DNA of 64,000 nt from Vulcanimicrobiota bacterium (GCA_963739845.1 CAVUBQ010000002.1:1129843-1193842), one strand, 5' to 3'; shown: positions 27,909 through 39,191, counted from the stretch's first letter. Notes: generated by a model from the sequence alone, not told the origin. Translations and numbers: made by a program.

Positions 27909-28667
27909 ATGGGGCGTTACGTTTTTGGAGGCGCGGCGCTGCTCTTGGGCGTCGCCAGCCTCGTCTTACACGATCAGCTGATATCGAACTGGCAGCTGCC
28001 GGGCACCGCAGCGTTCATTGTCGTGACGTCGGTCGCGCAGATAATCGGCGGGGCGGCGCTGTTCTTCCGCAAGACCAATGTGCTAGGCGCCATCGTCTTG
28101 GGCGTCGTGTATCTCGCCATTTCGCTCACCTTCGTGCCGGGTGTCGTTGCCCATCCGGGGGTTTATGAGAGTTGGGGAAACGTCTTCTATCAACTGGCTC
28201 TCGTCGTGGGAGCGGTGGTTGCGTATGGATTGGCGTCGCCCTCCCTGCCCGGTGCCGCGACGCTGTGCAAGGCCGCGGTGATCCTGTTTGGCCTGTGCAA
28301 CATCTCGTTTGCGATCGAGCAAGTCGAGTTTCTTGCCAGAACGGTCAGCTTAGTTCCAAAATGGATTCCGCCGAATGGGATGTTTTGGGCCATCGCTACG
28401 GCGATTGCGTTTGGGCTTGCCGGCATTGCGCTTGTCGTAGGTTACAAGTCGCTGCTCGCCTCGCGCCTTCTGGCTTTGATGCTCGCGGTGTTCGGAGTTA
28501 CGATATGGATTCCGATTCTGATCGCGGATCCGAAAACGCACCAGAACTGGAGTGAAGGCATCGAGACGTTTGCGATAGCCGGAGTCGCGTGGATCGTTGC
28601 AGACTTTCTCGCGCGTGAAAATCTCATAAGGGCTACCTCCAGCGCGGAGCCTAAAGGACAGTCTTAA
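27909..28667 (+). CDS. hypothetical polytopic membrane protein (~8 TM)
   Basis: 252-aa hydrophobic ORF. No family assigned. Confidence 0.6.
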   Translation: MGRYVFGGAALLLGVASLVLHDQLISNWQLPGTAAFIVVTSVAQIIGGAALFFRKTNVLGAIVLGVVYLAISLTFVPGVVAHPGVYESWGNVFYQLALVVGAVVAYGLASPSLPGAATLCKAAVILFGLCNISFAIEQVEFLARTVSLVPKWIPPNGMFWAIATAIAFGLAGIALVVGYKSLLASRLLALMLAVFGVTIWIPILIADPKTHQNWSEGIETFAIAGVAWIVADFLARENLIRATSSAEPKGQS

Positions 28668-29166
28668 ACGTACGTGTCAGAGTCAGGTCGAATTCTGCGT
28701 CGACCTTGCCACCGCCAACGGCACTATCGTCGACGTGCAGATCGCCCGTGAGATGGTCGGGCCGGTTCGTCGAAAGTGTATATGCCTGCGCGTTGGTATC
28801 ACCGGAATACTGGACCAGTTCGCCGTTAAGCCTAAGTGCGTAGCCAAGATGCGTTGCGTCGCCGAAATCGATCATGGCCCCATCGTCCAGCGCGCCGTCT
28901 GCACAAGACAAGGTACTACACGCCCTGATCTTGGCGCCGATGTCGACGCTCGACAAGTAAATGCGAAGAACGGTCTTGTTCGGATCCATTTCGTCTGGAC
29001 CACGAACGAGCCACCCGTACTTGACCGCGGTCGAGTAACTCTTGAAACTAACCCTCCCGCTAGCCTGGTCGGCCGCAAGCGCGCCGGCCGACGCCGCGAA
29101 CACCATAGATGCGAGCAGTAGCGCGCACCGCGCGGCACTACGAGGAGCCGAGGAGCGAATTTTCAT
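28651..29166 (-). CDS. hypothetical secreted protein
   Basis: MKIRSSAPRSAARCALLLASMVFAASAGALA signal peptide. Confidence 0.55.
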   Translation of the reverse strand: MKIRSSAPRSAARCALLLASMVFAASAGALAADQASGRVSFKSYSTAVKYGWLVRGPDEMDPNKTVLRIYLSSVDIGAKIRACSTLSCADGALDDGAMIDFGDATHLGYALRLNGELVQYSGDTNAQAYTLSTNRPDHLTGDLHVDDSAVGGGKVDAEFDLTLTRTFKTVL

Positions 29167-29307
29167 CGTGGGCCTCCGATACAAGCATTGCGGCGCCAGC
29201 GCCCGGAACGCGCGCTTGTTGTCCCGCGCGTTTGGGTTAAGATTCAGACTTTTCTTACAGGCTGGGCGTAATCTTTAATGCGCTCCCAGACTCGGAGACG
29301 GCTGGCA

Positions 29308-30513
29308 ATGAGAACTCGATTCCTGGTCTCGATATCGTTTGCGCTCGGCCTCGCCCTGGCCGGATGCTCGTCCAACGGCAGCGGCTTCGCCGCAAATCTA
29401 GAACAGCCCACACAGGCCGCTGCGACACGAGCAACGGCCGGAACCAGCCGTTCGGTGAACTGGTCCGAGTTCGGCTTTATCCCTTCCGGCGGCAGGTTCA
29501 ACCCTCACGAGCGGATGCTCTCGACACGCAACGTGCACCGGCTGCACAAGCGGTGGTCGAGCTTTACCGGCTGCTCCGGGTCGATCTGCGGCGGCTCGTC
29601 GCCGGCGGTGGTGAACGGGGTGGTCTACGTCGGCTCCTACGACGGCAACGTGTACGCCTTCAACGCCGTCACTGGGGCCAAGCTGTGGTCTTTCCCCACC
29701 GGCGGCGAAGTGTTCTCGACGCCCGCGGTGGCGAACGGGGTGGTCTACGTCGGCTCCAACGACCAAAACGTGTACGCGCTCAACGCCGCCACAGGGGCCA
29801 AACTCTGGTCCTACGCCACCACCTACGATGTGACCTCATCGCCGGCTGTGGCCAACGGGATGGTCTACATCGGTTCTGAGGACGGCAAGCGTGTACGCGC
29901 TCAAAGCCGCCAGCGGGGCAAAGGTGTGGTCCTACGCCACCCGCCTCGTCATGATTCGTCGCCGGCTGTTGGCCAAAGGGACGGTCTACGTCGGTTCCGA
30001 GGATGGCAACGTGTACGCTCTGAACGCCGCTACGGGCGCTAAGCTCTGGTCCTACACCACACCGGAACGAGGTGTACTCGTCGCCGGCGGTGGCCAACGG
30101 CGTGGTCTACGTCGGCTCCGAGGACAGCAACGTTTACGCGCTCAACGCCGCTACCGGGGCAAAGCTCTGGTCCTACACCACCGGCGACCTGGTGAACTCG
30201 TCACCGGCGGTGGCCAACGGCGTGGTCTACGTCGGTTCGATCGACGACAACGTGTACGCCCTCAACGCCGCCAGTGGTGCCAAGCTGTGGTCTTACGCCA
30301 CCGGCAACCTCGTGCTCTCGTCGCCGGCGGTCGCCAACCACGTGGTTTACGTCGGCTCGGAAGACGGCAACGTCTACGCCCTCAACGCCGCGACGCGGCG
30401 CCAAGCTGTGGTCCTATAGCACCGGCAACCAAGTGTTCTCGTCGCCGGCGGTAGCGAACGGGGTGGTATACGTCGGCTCTGGGGACGGCAACGTGTACGC
30501 GTTCGGGCTATGA
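29308..30513 (+). CDS. PQQ-like beta-propeller repeat lipoprotein; at least 4 frame changes
   Basis: MRTRFLVSISFALGLALAGCSS, then about 8 repeats of SSPAVANGVVYVGS.DGNVYALNAATGAKLWSY.T spread over ORFs 29278, 29891, 30072 and 30274. One shift is at ggccaaaggg. Confidence 0.75.
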
Positions 30514-30905
30514 TGCCATGCCTTCTCACGCTGGTCCGCGGCTGCGTCCAACGACGATCTATCGCAGTTGCGTACGCTCGAGAGAACATTCGTGACGGCC
30601 ATGAACACAAGATTCTCGACGCAGTCATGGCCATATGTGGGCCCGAAAAATCCCTGTTCGTCTTCGACTTCATCGGACCGCCGGGCGTTCACTTTGGCTG
30701 GGACGAACATCGCGAAGGGTTCAAGCAGATGTTTGGGCCGATCGGCGGACCGCTACGCCTCGCCATGAGTGATCTGGACGTCGAAGTAAGCGGAATATTG
30801 GCTATGGCCGCAGCCTGCAGCGTGTTTCCGGAGTCCGCGCTAAAAATGGCTGATCGCGCAGGAGCATGTATCGCTCCCGACTTCACCTCGAACGTCAGGG
30901 GGTGA
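30510..30905 (+). CDS. hypothetical protein (possibly NTF2-like), C-terminus uncertain
   Basis: 131-aa ORF, ATGA-coupled to the PQQ gene. Weak resemblance only. Confidence 0.35.
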   Translation: MMPCLLTLVRGCVQRRSIAVAYARENIRDGHEHKILDAVMAICGPEKSLFVFDFIGPPGVHFGWDEHREGFKQMFGPIGGPLRLAMSDLDVEVSGILAMAAACSVFPESALKMADRAGACIAPDFTSNVRG

Positions 30906-31073
30906 TCGACCGGCTGGCGCCGCCGGAAAGCTCCGACCGCGCCTAAGACCCTCATTCGGGGCCAATTTCTCGATATCGATATTTGCCGGCACGACGACGC
31001 CCGTCCCGACGGGGGCGAATGAATCACGTGCAGAACGTAGAGAGGGTACAGCCGTCCTTTGAAGGAGGTGGCA

Positions 31074-32230
31074 ATGCGTTATTCGCTCGCTCAGCCCATT
31101 CTGCTGATCGGAGTTTGTGCAGTCCTCTCGGCCTGTACCATGAGCGTAGATCCAAACGCTTCTCCAGCGAAGAGTGCGTCCGTACCGCGCCTGTCGAGCA
31201 GCAGCGGACAGTTTCTCTACGTGTCAAACATTTCCAACAACTCCGTCACAGTGTACGACCGAGGGGCCAGACTCGTCCGCCAAATAACGCAGGGCGTCAG
31301 CTTCCCCATTGCGCTCGCTTTTGATCGCTCCGGCAATTTGTACGTGGCCGACTCTGAAGGCGGCGCGGGCGGAACTACCGGAACCATTGCCGTCTACGGT
31401 TCGGGCCAAGATACTCCGACGCTGAATATTACCAACGGGATAAACCAGCCGACGTTGCTCGGTGTTGGGCCAAGCGAAGACCTCTACGTCGCAAACAGCT
31501 ATCTGGACGCCGTCAATGCGACCATAACGGTATACTCTCTGAATGACGGCAGCCTGCTGCGCACGATTCGCAGCGGGATCCACGATCCGCGGTCGATCGC
31601 GTTCGATTCCCAGGGAGACCTTTACGTCGCTAACGGATTTAGAGTCAAAAACAAGACGAGGGTCTGCGGCTGGATCACGGTCTATGCGCCTGGAGGCACC
31701 AAGATCCTTCGCACGATAAAAAAGGGACTGGATTGTCCCAGCGCGCTAGCCGTCGATCCATCAAACAGACTTTACGTGCTGAATATCAACAATCCGCCCG
31801 ATGGCCCACGTAACGGCGTGGGGAGCTGCGGCCGACAAACCATACCGCTGGGCCCTTCGTGCGCATTTATCGCCATGGTAGCGACGCGCCGTACCGCAAA
31901 CTTGACCTTCGGAGCCTTAACTACCCCGTCGCGATAGCGCTCGACAGCGACGACGATCTCTACGCGGCAAACGCTGGAAACAATACGGTAACAGTTTATA
32001 AGGCATCTCGATACAAACTCTGGTATACGATCTCGGACCAGGTCTACGCTCCGCAGGTTTTGGCGCTCAGTGATTCGGGGCAGCTCTACGTTGGAAACGA
32101 GCCGGATTCGGGAGGCTCGTATCCGCAAGGGTCCGTTACCGTCTACGGGCTCCGCAGCCAAAAGCTAGAAACGGCAATTAGCGAAGAGATCGACTATCCT
32201 GTTGCGCTGGCACTCGGCCACCACGAATAG
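31074..32230 (+). CDS. NHL-repeat beta-propeller lipoprotein, frame change near 31880
   Basis: Strong RBS gaaggaggtggca-ATG. MRYSLAQPILLIGVCAVLSAC. Repeats of LYVAN..NSVTVY / P.alAfD..GnLYVA. ORFs 31059 and 31859 join. Confidence 0.75.
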
Positions 32231-32257
32231 ACGCTTGGCCGGGGCAGGTTGCGAACG

Positions 32258-34823
32258 TTACGGGCCCAGGGCTTCGGCGATCGCTTCAGGTGTCGTAAGC
32301 CTGCCAGGATCATGCTCTGCCTGCAGTCGGCCGCTCGCAGCAACGTAATCATTGACCAGGACGTCTAAATGTCGACGTGCTTCGAGCTCCGTGTGTTCGC
32401 GGTTGAACGATAGTTTCCCAATGCGCTCGTCGGCGTAGGCATGCAGGCGAGCCGCTTTTGTGAATCCCCGCACAACGCCAAGCCTAAGGCGATGTGTTCT
32501 ATGGTGACCGCCGCAAAAACACCTTCGGGATCGTGCTCCCATAGTACTCGAGGGCTCGGCGCCCTGTCGCGATCGCGGCGTCAGGCTGCCCGACGGCCCC
32601 GAGATAGGCAGATTTGTTGCGCAATAAGTAGGCGAGGGGAGCGCCGTCAGGCAGCGCTTCTGCTTTCGCCAGCACTTGGTCGACGTTGGCGATCGCGCGA
32701 TCCGTCATTCCCCGCTCGTGATCCACTTCGGCGAGATTCGTAGCCGCCATGACCTCTCCAAGAGTGTTATGCATACTGCGAAAGAGCCCGCGGCTTTTTT
32801 CATACATACTCGACGCCGCCTCCAGGTCGCCGGCCAAACAACTGATAAACGCGCGCGAGTCCAGTATCTGCAGCTCTCGGCGTGTCGTGGGGGGCGACGT
32901 GCTTTCAGCCTCATCGAGCGCTTGCACGGCCGCATCGATTCGTCGCAGTCTCGCTAGACTATCGCCATAGCGCGCCAAACAATCGGCCAGCACGGACTTT
33001 GATGCTCCTCGGCGCGCATTGGCGACGGCTCGTTCGGCAGCTGCGTGGCCGTCTACGTATGATCCCGTCCGAATGAAGGCTAAAGCGGCGCGCTCGTATA
33101 CGCGCCCCACATATTCGGGTTCATCACCGAGGGCGTCGACGAAGCGCCGAACGACGTCGACTACCTCTCGATGCAGCCCTAGGTAATCCCACAAGCGCGT
33201 CGAGAGGAATATCTTTGCTGCCACGATCGACCTTTGACTCGAGAGGGCGAATTCGATCGCAGCGCGGGCGTCTTCCAGCAAGTAGGCAATCTCGGCAATG
33301 GCTTTTATCTGAAGGGTCGACTCGTAGTCCGCACCGGCCGCTTCGAAGCGCTCGCCGACATATGCTAGGTGCCTCTCGTGCAGCGCCCCATACTCTTCGG
33401 ACCGAACGGCCTTCTCTCGGGCGTAAGCGCGGAGCGATTCTAAGAGCCGGTAACGGCTCTCTGCGCCACCCGCCTCTACGACGACTAACGATTTGCTTTC
33501 GAGCGAGCCGAGGATATCCAAAACTTCGAAAACGTCGCGCTTTCGCTCGTAGCACACCGCAGCCGCCGCCTCGAGTGTAAATGCCGCGGCAAACACTTCA
33601 AGCCTACCAAATAACTCTTTATCGCGACCATCCAGTAAGTTATAGCTCCAGTCGATCGTAGCGTGAAGCGTCTGGTGCTCTGCGCGTGGGCCGCTGCTGA
33701 GGAGTTTGAAGCGCTCATTGAGCATCGCGCGTAGCTGGTTAACGCTGAGGGTCGCGGTACGCGAGGCGGCGAGTTCGATCGCGAGCGGAAGTCCGTCTAG
33801 GTGCCCACAGACCTCGGCCAACGTCGATTCATCCGCCTGAGAGAGCGTAAATCCGAAGTTCGCGGCGCGTGCACGTTCGATAAAGAGGGACCTCGCCTCG
33901 ATCGTGCTCAGCGACGGCAGCCTGTACGCTGTTTCGCCCTGAATTCCGAGCCGCGCGCGGCTAGAAGCGAGAATCGTCACTCGCGGGCACGAATCTAGCA
34001 TGCGAGACGCTATCGTGGCGCAAATATCGAGAAGATGTTCGCAGTTATCCAAAATCAGCAGGGTATTCTTGGCAACCAGGGCGTCGACCAATATCGAGAC
34101 GGCGTCGCCCGAAGTTCCGATTGCCACGCCTATCGATTGGGCAACGCGGCCCGGAACCAGGCTTTCGTCGGATATGGAGCCGAGCTCCACCAGCCAAACG
34201 CCGTCGAGATAGTTCTGCTGCAGGCTTCGCGCCACTTCGATGGCGGTACGCGTCTTGCCAACCCCTCCGGGGCCGACGATCGTTACGAGGCGCCGCGAAA
34301 TTGCTAACTCCTGGAGCGCTACGCACTCGGCCGTACGGCCGACAAAGGCGTTTCGAGCCCAGGGCAGATTATTCGCGAGCGCGGCAGCCCGGGGCGGCGC
34401 CGATAGGGAGCGGGGTTCGAGCTCTGCGAGGTTGCGTCGAATCTGCACTATCAGGTTCTCAATCGTCGCGCTGCGCGAAGCGCTGAACCCGTCGATTCGC
34501 TGTAACCCCGCAAGCAGATAGCGCAGGGCGCCGTCAGGCTGCGCCTCATCAATTCGGAGAGGAAGGATTATTTTCCGGGCGTTCTGCGCGATGTGAATCT
34601 CGTGCGCGATCTGCGCCGAACGCGCGGAGCTTGCTGATAGAATTAGAAGCACGAGTCGCGAGGCGTCAATGGCCGAAGGGATTGCTGCCGACCAATCGTG
34701 CCCCGCAAGAATATCTCTGGGGGCAATCCAGCACGAAATCCCGCTCTCTTCGAGCGCCTTACACGCTTCCTGCGCGAACTCGTGATCTGCCGAACCGTAA
34801 CTTATGAAGACCGCGCGTTGCAA
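32258..34823 (-). CDS. TIR domain / NB-ARC (STAND NTPase) / TPR protein, ~855 aa, TTG start; two frame changes near the 3' end (~32540, ~32460)
   Basis: TIR: AVFISYGSADHEFAQEACKALEESGISCWIAPRDI..LVLLILSASSARSAQIAHEIHIA. Walker A: VGPGGVGKTRTA. Walker B: LLILDNCEHL. GLPL motif: LDGLPLAIELAA. Helical TPR-like C-terminus. ORF 32258..32542 (..AARLHAYADERIGKLSF..GRLTTPEAIAEAL) reads as the usual C-terminal tail, reached through the third frame (EHDPEGVFAAVTIEHIALGLALCGDSQK). Confidence 0.8.
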
Positions 34824-35074
34824 CTTTACGTCCCTGCGGAGTCGCCTCCCATCGTGGTCACTTTTTGGCGTGACAGCGGAACCGAACTTTGGCGCTGATG
34901 TTTCGAATACCCTACCTGGAGCGGCACGGAGACACGATTCGGGCGCCGAAGCCGCACCGGAAACATCCGAAGGAATGGGCGGGTAGCGTATATTGATGGA
35001 GCCCGATTACGACCTGCTTTTCGATTGTGCTGGGCATGCCCGCGGAAAAGTCGTGATAACCCCGTGATCAGACG

Positions 35075-36052
35075 ATGCCGCTCGCGCTAGCCGTACTCGC
35101 TTTGTGCCTTTCGATCTGGATTGTGATTCCGGGCCCCGTCCTTCCGTTGTTTGTGCTGACCGTCGGCGGCACGGAACTGTGGCCGTTTCTGGCCGGTTTC
35201 AACGCCGTCGTACTGTTGATCGCGCTGCGCTCACGTAGCTCCCAGCGGCTTGGGGCCATCATCGTCGCGCTTGCGGCGCTGTTGTGTACGCTGGCTCCGC
35301 CGATCGCCTATGCGGCACGGGGTCCCTATGTCCCGTTATCGGCGCTGCTCACGCCCCTTCCCGAACATGCCGGGATCGCTGTTCGTCCAGGCGCCCCTGT
35401 CGTGCTCGACATCTATGGCGGCGCGTGGGAGCATGGTTCGCCGCAAAGTGATGCGCTGCTCAACGAGATCGTCGCTTCTTGGGGGTATCGCGTCATCGCC
35501 CTGGACTACCCGCACGCCCCTCGCTCGCGCTGGCCCGCGCAGCGTGACGCCGTTCTTCGTCAAATAGATTCCCTGCCGGCCGGCCCTATAGCAGTGCTCG
35601 GGCACTCGTCGGGCGCACAATTGGCAATCATCGCCGCAGCCTTGCGGCCGCATCGCATTAGCGCCGTGATCACCTACGAGAGCCCGGTCGATCTTCGGCT
35701 CGGTTACGAATATCCGTCCCTCCCCGACATTATCAACGTGCGTCGCGTCCTAAGCGACCTTTGCGGCGGCACTCCGGAACAGCAGCCCGTTTGCTATCGA
35801 GACGGATCTCCGCGATACGTCGTCCGGGCCGGTATGCCGCCAATCCTGATGATCGCGGCAGGGCGCGATCACGTGGTTCAGCTTGGTTTCGAGCATCTCT
35901 TGCGCGACGAGCTGCGTAGCGATGGGATCAGCGTTACCTACCTTGAGCTGCCCTGGGCCGACCATGCCTTCGAGGATGTGGCCACTGGTTTTCACAACCG
36001 AATCGCGCTGTGGTACCTCCGTCGGTTCCTGGATTCTCGCTTGAAACCGTAA
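35075..36052 (+). CDS. alpha/beta hydrolase (esterase/lipase-like) with N-terminal TM segments
   Basis: IYGGAWEHGS and LGHSSGAQL (GxSxG). Confidence 0.7.
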   Translation: MPLALAVLALCLSIWIVIPGPVLPLFVLTVGGTELWPFLAGFNAVVLLIALRSRSSQRLGAIIVALAALLCTLAPPIAYAARGPYVPLSALLTPLPEHAGIAVRPGAPVVLDIYGGAWEHGSPQSDALLNEIVASWGYRVIALDYPHAPRSRWPAQRDAVLRQIDSLPAGPIAVLGHSSGAQLAIIAAALRPHRISAVITYESPVDLRLGYEYPSLPDIINVRRVLSDLCGGTPEQQPVCYRDGSPRYVVRAGMPPILMIAAGRDHVVQLGFEHLLRDELRSDGISVTYLELPWADHAFEDVATGFHNRIALWYLRRFLDSRLKP

Positions 36053-36064
36053 CGAAGGCATTTA

Positions 36065-37207
36065 ATGCACGTTAACCCCCAAGCGATGTATGCTGGGCGA
36101 ATGCAGCAATCGCCCTTCAAAATCAAACGGCTCGGAATCGTCATGCGGCCCGACCCATCGCGCGAAGATGAAGTCGAAGGTGTGCTCAATCCCGGGGCGG
36201 CCCGCGGCCCCGATGGCGAGCTCTACCTATTTCCTCGTCTGGTCGGGAAGAACAACTACTCGCGCATCGGAATCGCGCGGGTGCTCTTCGACGACGAAGG
36301 AAATCCGGCCGGCGTCGAGCGCATCGGATACGCGCTCGAACCCGAGGAGCCGTACGAACTGCGCCCGGCGGAGGGAACCGGCGGCTGCGAGGATCCGCGC
36401 GTAACCTACGTCGATCCGCTCGGCCTCTACGTCATGAGCTACGTCGCATGGGGCCCCAAAGGCCCACGGATCGCGCTCGCCATTTCCGAGGACTTGCTGA
36501 AGTGGGAACGACTGGGGCTAGTCAGCTTTCAACCCGACGTGCAAGCTAAGTACAACGTCATTTTCAACAACTATCACAACAAGGATGCGGCGTTCTTTCC
36601 GGCCGCGATAACGTTGCAGGACGGGACCGACGTGCTCGGAATGCTGCACCGTCCGTTTTACGACACGGTGAAGACTGCGCCCAAGGGCATCCGCGAGCCG
36701 GTGCCGAGTATTTGGGTCTCCGGGTGCGAGCTCGATGCGGCTTTGCGCGACGTTCGCAACCTGTGCGTCATGCGCAAGCACGCGCTATTGGTCGATCCGG
36801 AACAAGCGTGGGAGAAGCTGCGCATCGGTGTTGGAACGCCGCCCGTGCAAACGCCGCTCGGCTTTCTCATGATCTATCACGGCGTCAGCGGCGTCCTCGC
36901 CCACAATGCTTCGGAACGCAATCGCGTTGAGTACGTTGCCGGAGTCCTCGTCGTTCACCGCGAGGGCGAGCAGCTGATGGAGTATCGCTCTTCGGCGCCG
37001 ATCTTGATTCCCGAGGTCGAGGAAGAGGTCCTCGGGACCGTCGATCACGTGGTTTTCCCCACCGGCGTGGACGATCGGGGGGATGGCACGCTCGACATCT
37101 ACTACGGGATGGCCGACAGGTATATCGGCGTGGCTCGCTTGCAGCTTCCGGAAGAACTCCCGCTGCACGTACAAGAGTTGATCGAGACGCGACGTCTCGA
37201 ACGGTGA
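36065..37207 (+). CDS. glycoside hydrolase family 130-like (beta-mannoside phosphorylase/glycosidase fold)
   Basis: GVLNPGAARGPDGELYLFPRLVGKNNYSRIGIARV..GGCEDPRVTYVDPLGLYVMSYVAW..IYYGMADRYIGVA. Confidence 0.7.
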   Translation: MHVNPQAMYAGRMQQSPFKIKRLGIVMRPDPSREDEVEGVLNPGAARGPDGELYLFPRLVGKNNYSRIGIARVLFDDEGNPAGVERIGYALEPEEPYELRPAEGTGGCEDPRVTYVDPLGLYVMSYVAWGPKGPRIALAISEDLLKWERLGLVSFQPDVQAKYNVIFNNYHNKDAAFFPAAITLQDGTDVLGMLHRPFYDTVKTAPKGIREPVPSIWVSGCELDAALRDVRNLCVMRKHALLVDPEQAWEKLRIGVGTPPVQTPLGFLMIYHGVSGVLAHNASERNRVEYVAGVLVVHREGEQLMEYRSSAPILIPEVEEEVLGTVDHVVFPTGVDDRGDGTLDIYYGMADRYIGVARLQLPEELPLHVQELIETRRLER

Positions 37208-37272
37208 CCCGCAAAATCGAGCGAGCCCGGCGGTAAACGCGCCGGGCTCGCATCGGGGCCTATTCCAGGATA

Positions 37273-39191
37273 CTAGTCGTTGTCGTCCCGGGGCTGTGGA
37301 AGCCGCACGGCTTTGTGCGACCCCGAGAGCTGCTGGTGCAAGTAATAGCCAGCGGTCTGGTAACCCGCCGGTAGAGATGTGGGCGACGGAATCGGACTGA
37401 TTCCGAGCGTCGCACAACTCATTTTCGGCGGGGAGGAGGGCGAGGGAATCTCGGCGAGCGACGGCAGGGTTTCCGCCGCCGCCACGGAGCTTGCCTTCGT
37501 CGAGCGCGTCGAACAAATCGGAGGTCGAGCGATCGGCGTCGGCCGGCGAGAGGCCGACCGCAACGCCCTTGGCTTCGTCCGGGAGCGACGCGAACTTCGG
37601 CAGTCCGAAGACCGCTTCGATGAGCTTCGATACCGAACCGTGATCGGCGTTGTCATGAACGACGACGCCGGTCTTGGAGAACGGCGAGATCACCAATGCC
37701 GGGATGCGAACGCCGCCGCCACACGTGTAGCCTTGCTCGGGCCCGGAACGATCCTGCGGGCAGGTCGATCCCCATTCCGGAGGATTCAGATGGTCGTAGA
37801 AACCGCCGCTGTCGTCCCACGTCACGACGATGATCGAGTCTTTCCAGTATTTGCTCTTGGCAATCGCGTTGATCACTTCAGCGAGATAGGCTTCGGCTAC
37901 CTGATGATCGGAGCTCCCGCTTCCCGGGTGATCGTCGTCGCCGACGAAGTACTTCTGGCCCGACGGGTTGTTGGTAAAGATCGGGTCGGCGGGCACCAGT
38001 CCGTACGAATTCTCGTTTCCGCCCTTCACCCAGAAGACGCCCGAGGACGGCAGCTTCCCGCCTTTGATGTCGGAGATCAAACCGTTGCCCGCGACGTTGT
38101 CGCGCAGGGTCCTCTTGCTCGCGAAGCCGGACTGCGGATTATTGATGTAGTCGAAGTAGAGCGGGGCGGTATGATGCGCGGAGAAGCCCGCGTTGGCCGT
38201 GTAAAGCCCTTCTTCGTACCAAGCCCACTTGTAGGACTGACGGTTGGTTCTGCCTTCCTTGGTGATGTCGCGACCGATGAAGCCGACGACGCGCGACTCC
38301 TTGGCCGCGCGATCCATGGCGGGGTTAAGCAGAACCGGCATCGTTGCGTAACTTTGCGCCGCGGCGCCGTCTCCGCCATACGACGTAACCGGGAACTTCA
38401 GCTGCGCCGGCGGCGGATTGTCGTCGTTGGAGATCGGTACGCCGTCGCTATAGCCGCCACTGGGAACCGGCTGCGAGAGTACGCCCTCGCCCGCGGCGGC
38501 TTCGGTCTGCCCGGTTTGACCCGCGAAGAGCTGAATGTTGCTCGGCGTCGAGTCTCCGGTGTTCGCCTGGAAGTAGTGATCGAAGAGCGTGAAGTTCTTC
38601 GCATAGTACCAGAGGTACGGGACGGTGTCGCAATCGTACACGCCCTCGATAGCGATGTTCTCATTGTGCGCTTCGATCTGCTGCGGGCTCGGGGTCGGCC
38701 CGAGCACCGGTTGTCCGGCTTCATCGTCGACTAAGAAATCGTCCATGCGGCCGCGGTCCATGGCGAACTCTTGATCGAAGCGGCCGTTGCCGCCGCCGTT
38801 GATATCGGGTGCATCTTGAACGTAGTTCGGGCTATTCGGATTCGCCGAGATCAAGAACGGACGCTGACAACCGCCGGTTTGGGGATCGGACTGGCAATCC
38901 GTCTGCTGGGCGAGGTAGGTCCCAAGGTTTTCGACGTACTGGCCGTCCATGCCGGGATAGAGCCCGTAGATTTGATCGAACGTGTGGTTCTCTTGAACGA
39001 GGACGAAAACGTGCTTGACCTTGCCGCGCACTAATTGTGCGATCCTGCCACGGGTTGCAGCATCGGCGATTTGCTGGGCGGATCCGGCCTGCGACGTCAG
39101 CGGCGCGATCAGGATACCCGCCCGCCCCTCCGCATGCCGCTAGCGCGCACGATGCCGTCAGGATTAGGATGTGTGAAGCTAATCGACGCAT
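37273..39191 (-). CDS. phosphoesterase family lipoprotein (PLC/AcpA-like); frame changes near 39110 and ~37400-37500
   Basis: Lipoprotein signal MRRLASHILILTASCALAACGG (ORF 38832..39191), then GILIAPLTSQ..LVRGKVKHVFVLVQENHTFDQIYG.. (ORF 36785..39031). The likely true C-terminus ..LPAGYQTAGYYLHQQLSGSHKAVRLPQPRDDND is in ORF 37273..37656. Confidence 0.8.

Noticed and set aside
29600-30500. Regular ~120-nt DNA periodicity that could be mistaken for a CRISPR array or satellite.
   Set aside because: The units are the coding repeats of a PQQ-like propeller (SSPAVANGVVYVGS.DGNVYALNAATGAKLWSY). There is no alternation of identical repeats with unique spacers.
32258-32542. 94-aa ORF downstream of the TIR-STAND gene, which I first considered as a separate small partner gene.
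   Set aside because: Its sequence (..AARLHAYADERIGKLSF..GRLTTPEAIAEAL) looks like the usual C-terminal tail of this ATPase-TPR family. It connects to the main ORF through a protein-like stretch in the third frame, so two indels are the simpler explanation.
36785-37272. C-terminal ~160 aa of the 748-aa ORF 36785..39031, which would make the phosphoesterase overlap the GH130 gene.
   Set aside because: This stretch is antisense read-through of the GH130 gene. A protein-like C-terminus that ends at 37273 in another frame matches the C-termini of the paralogues.
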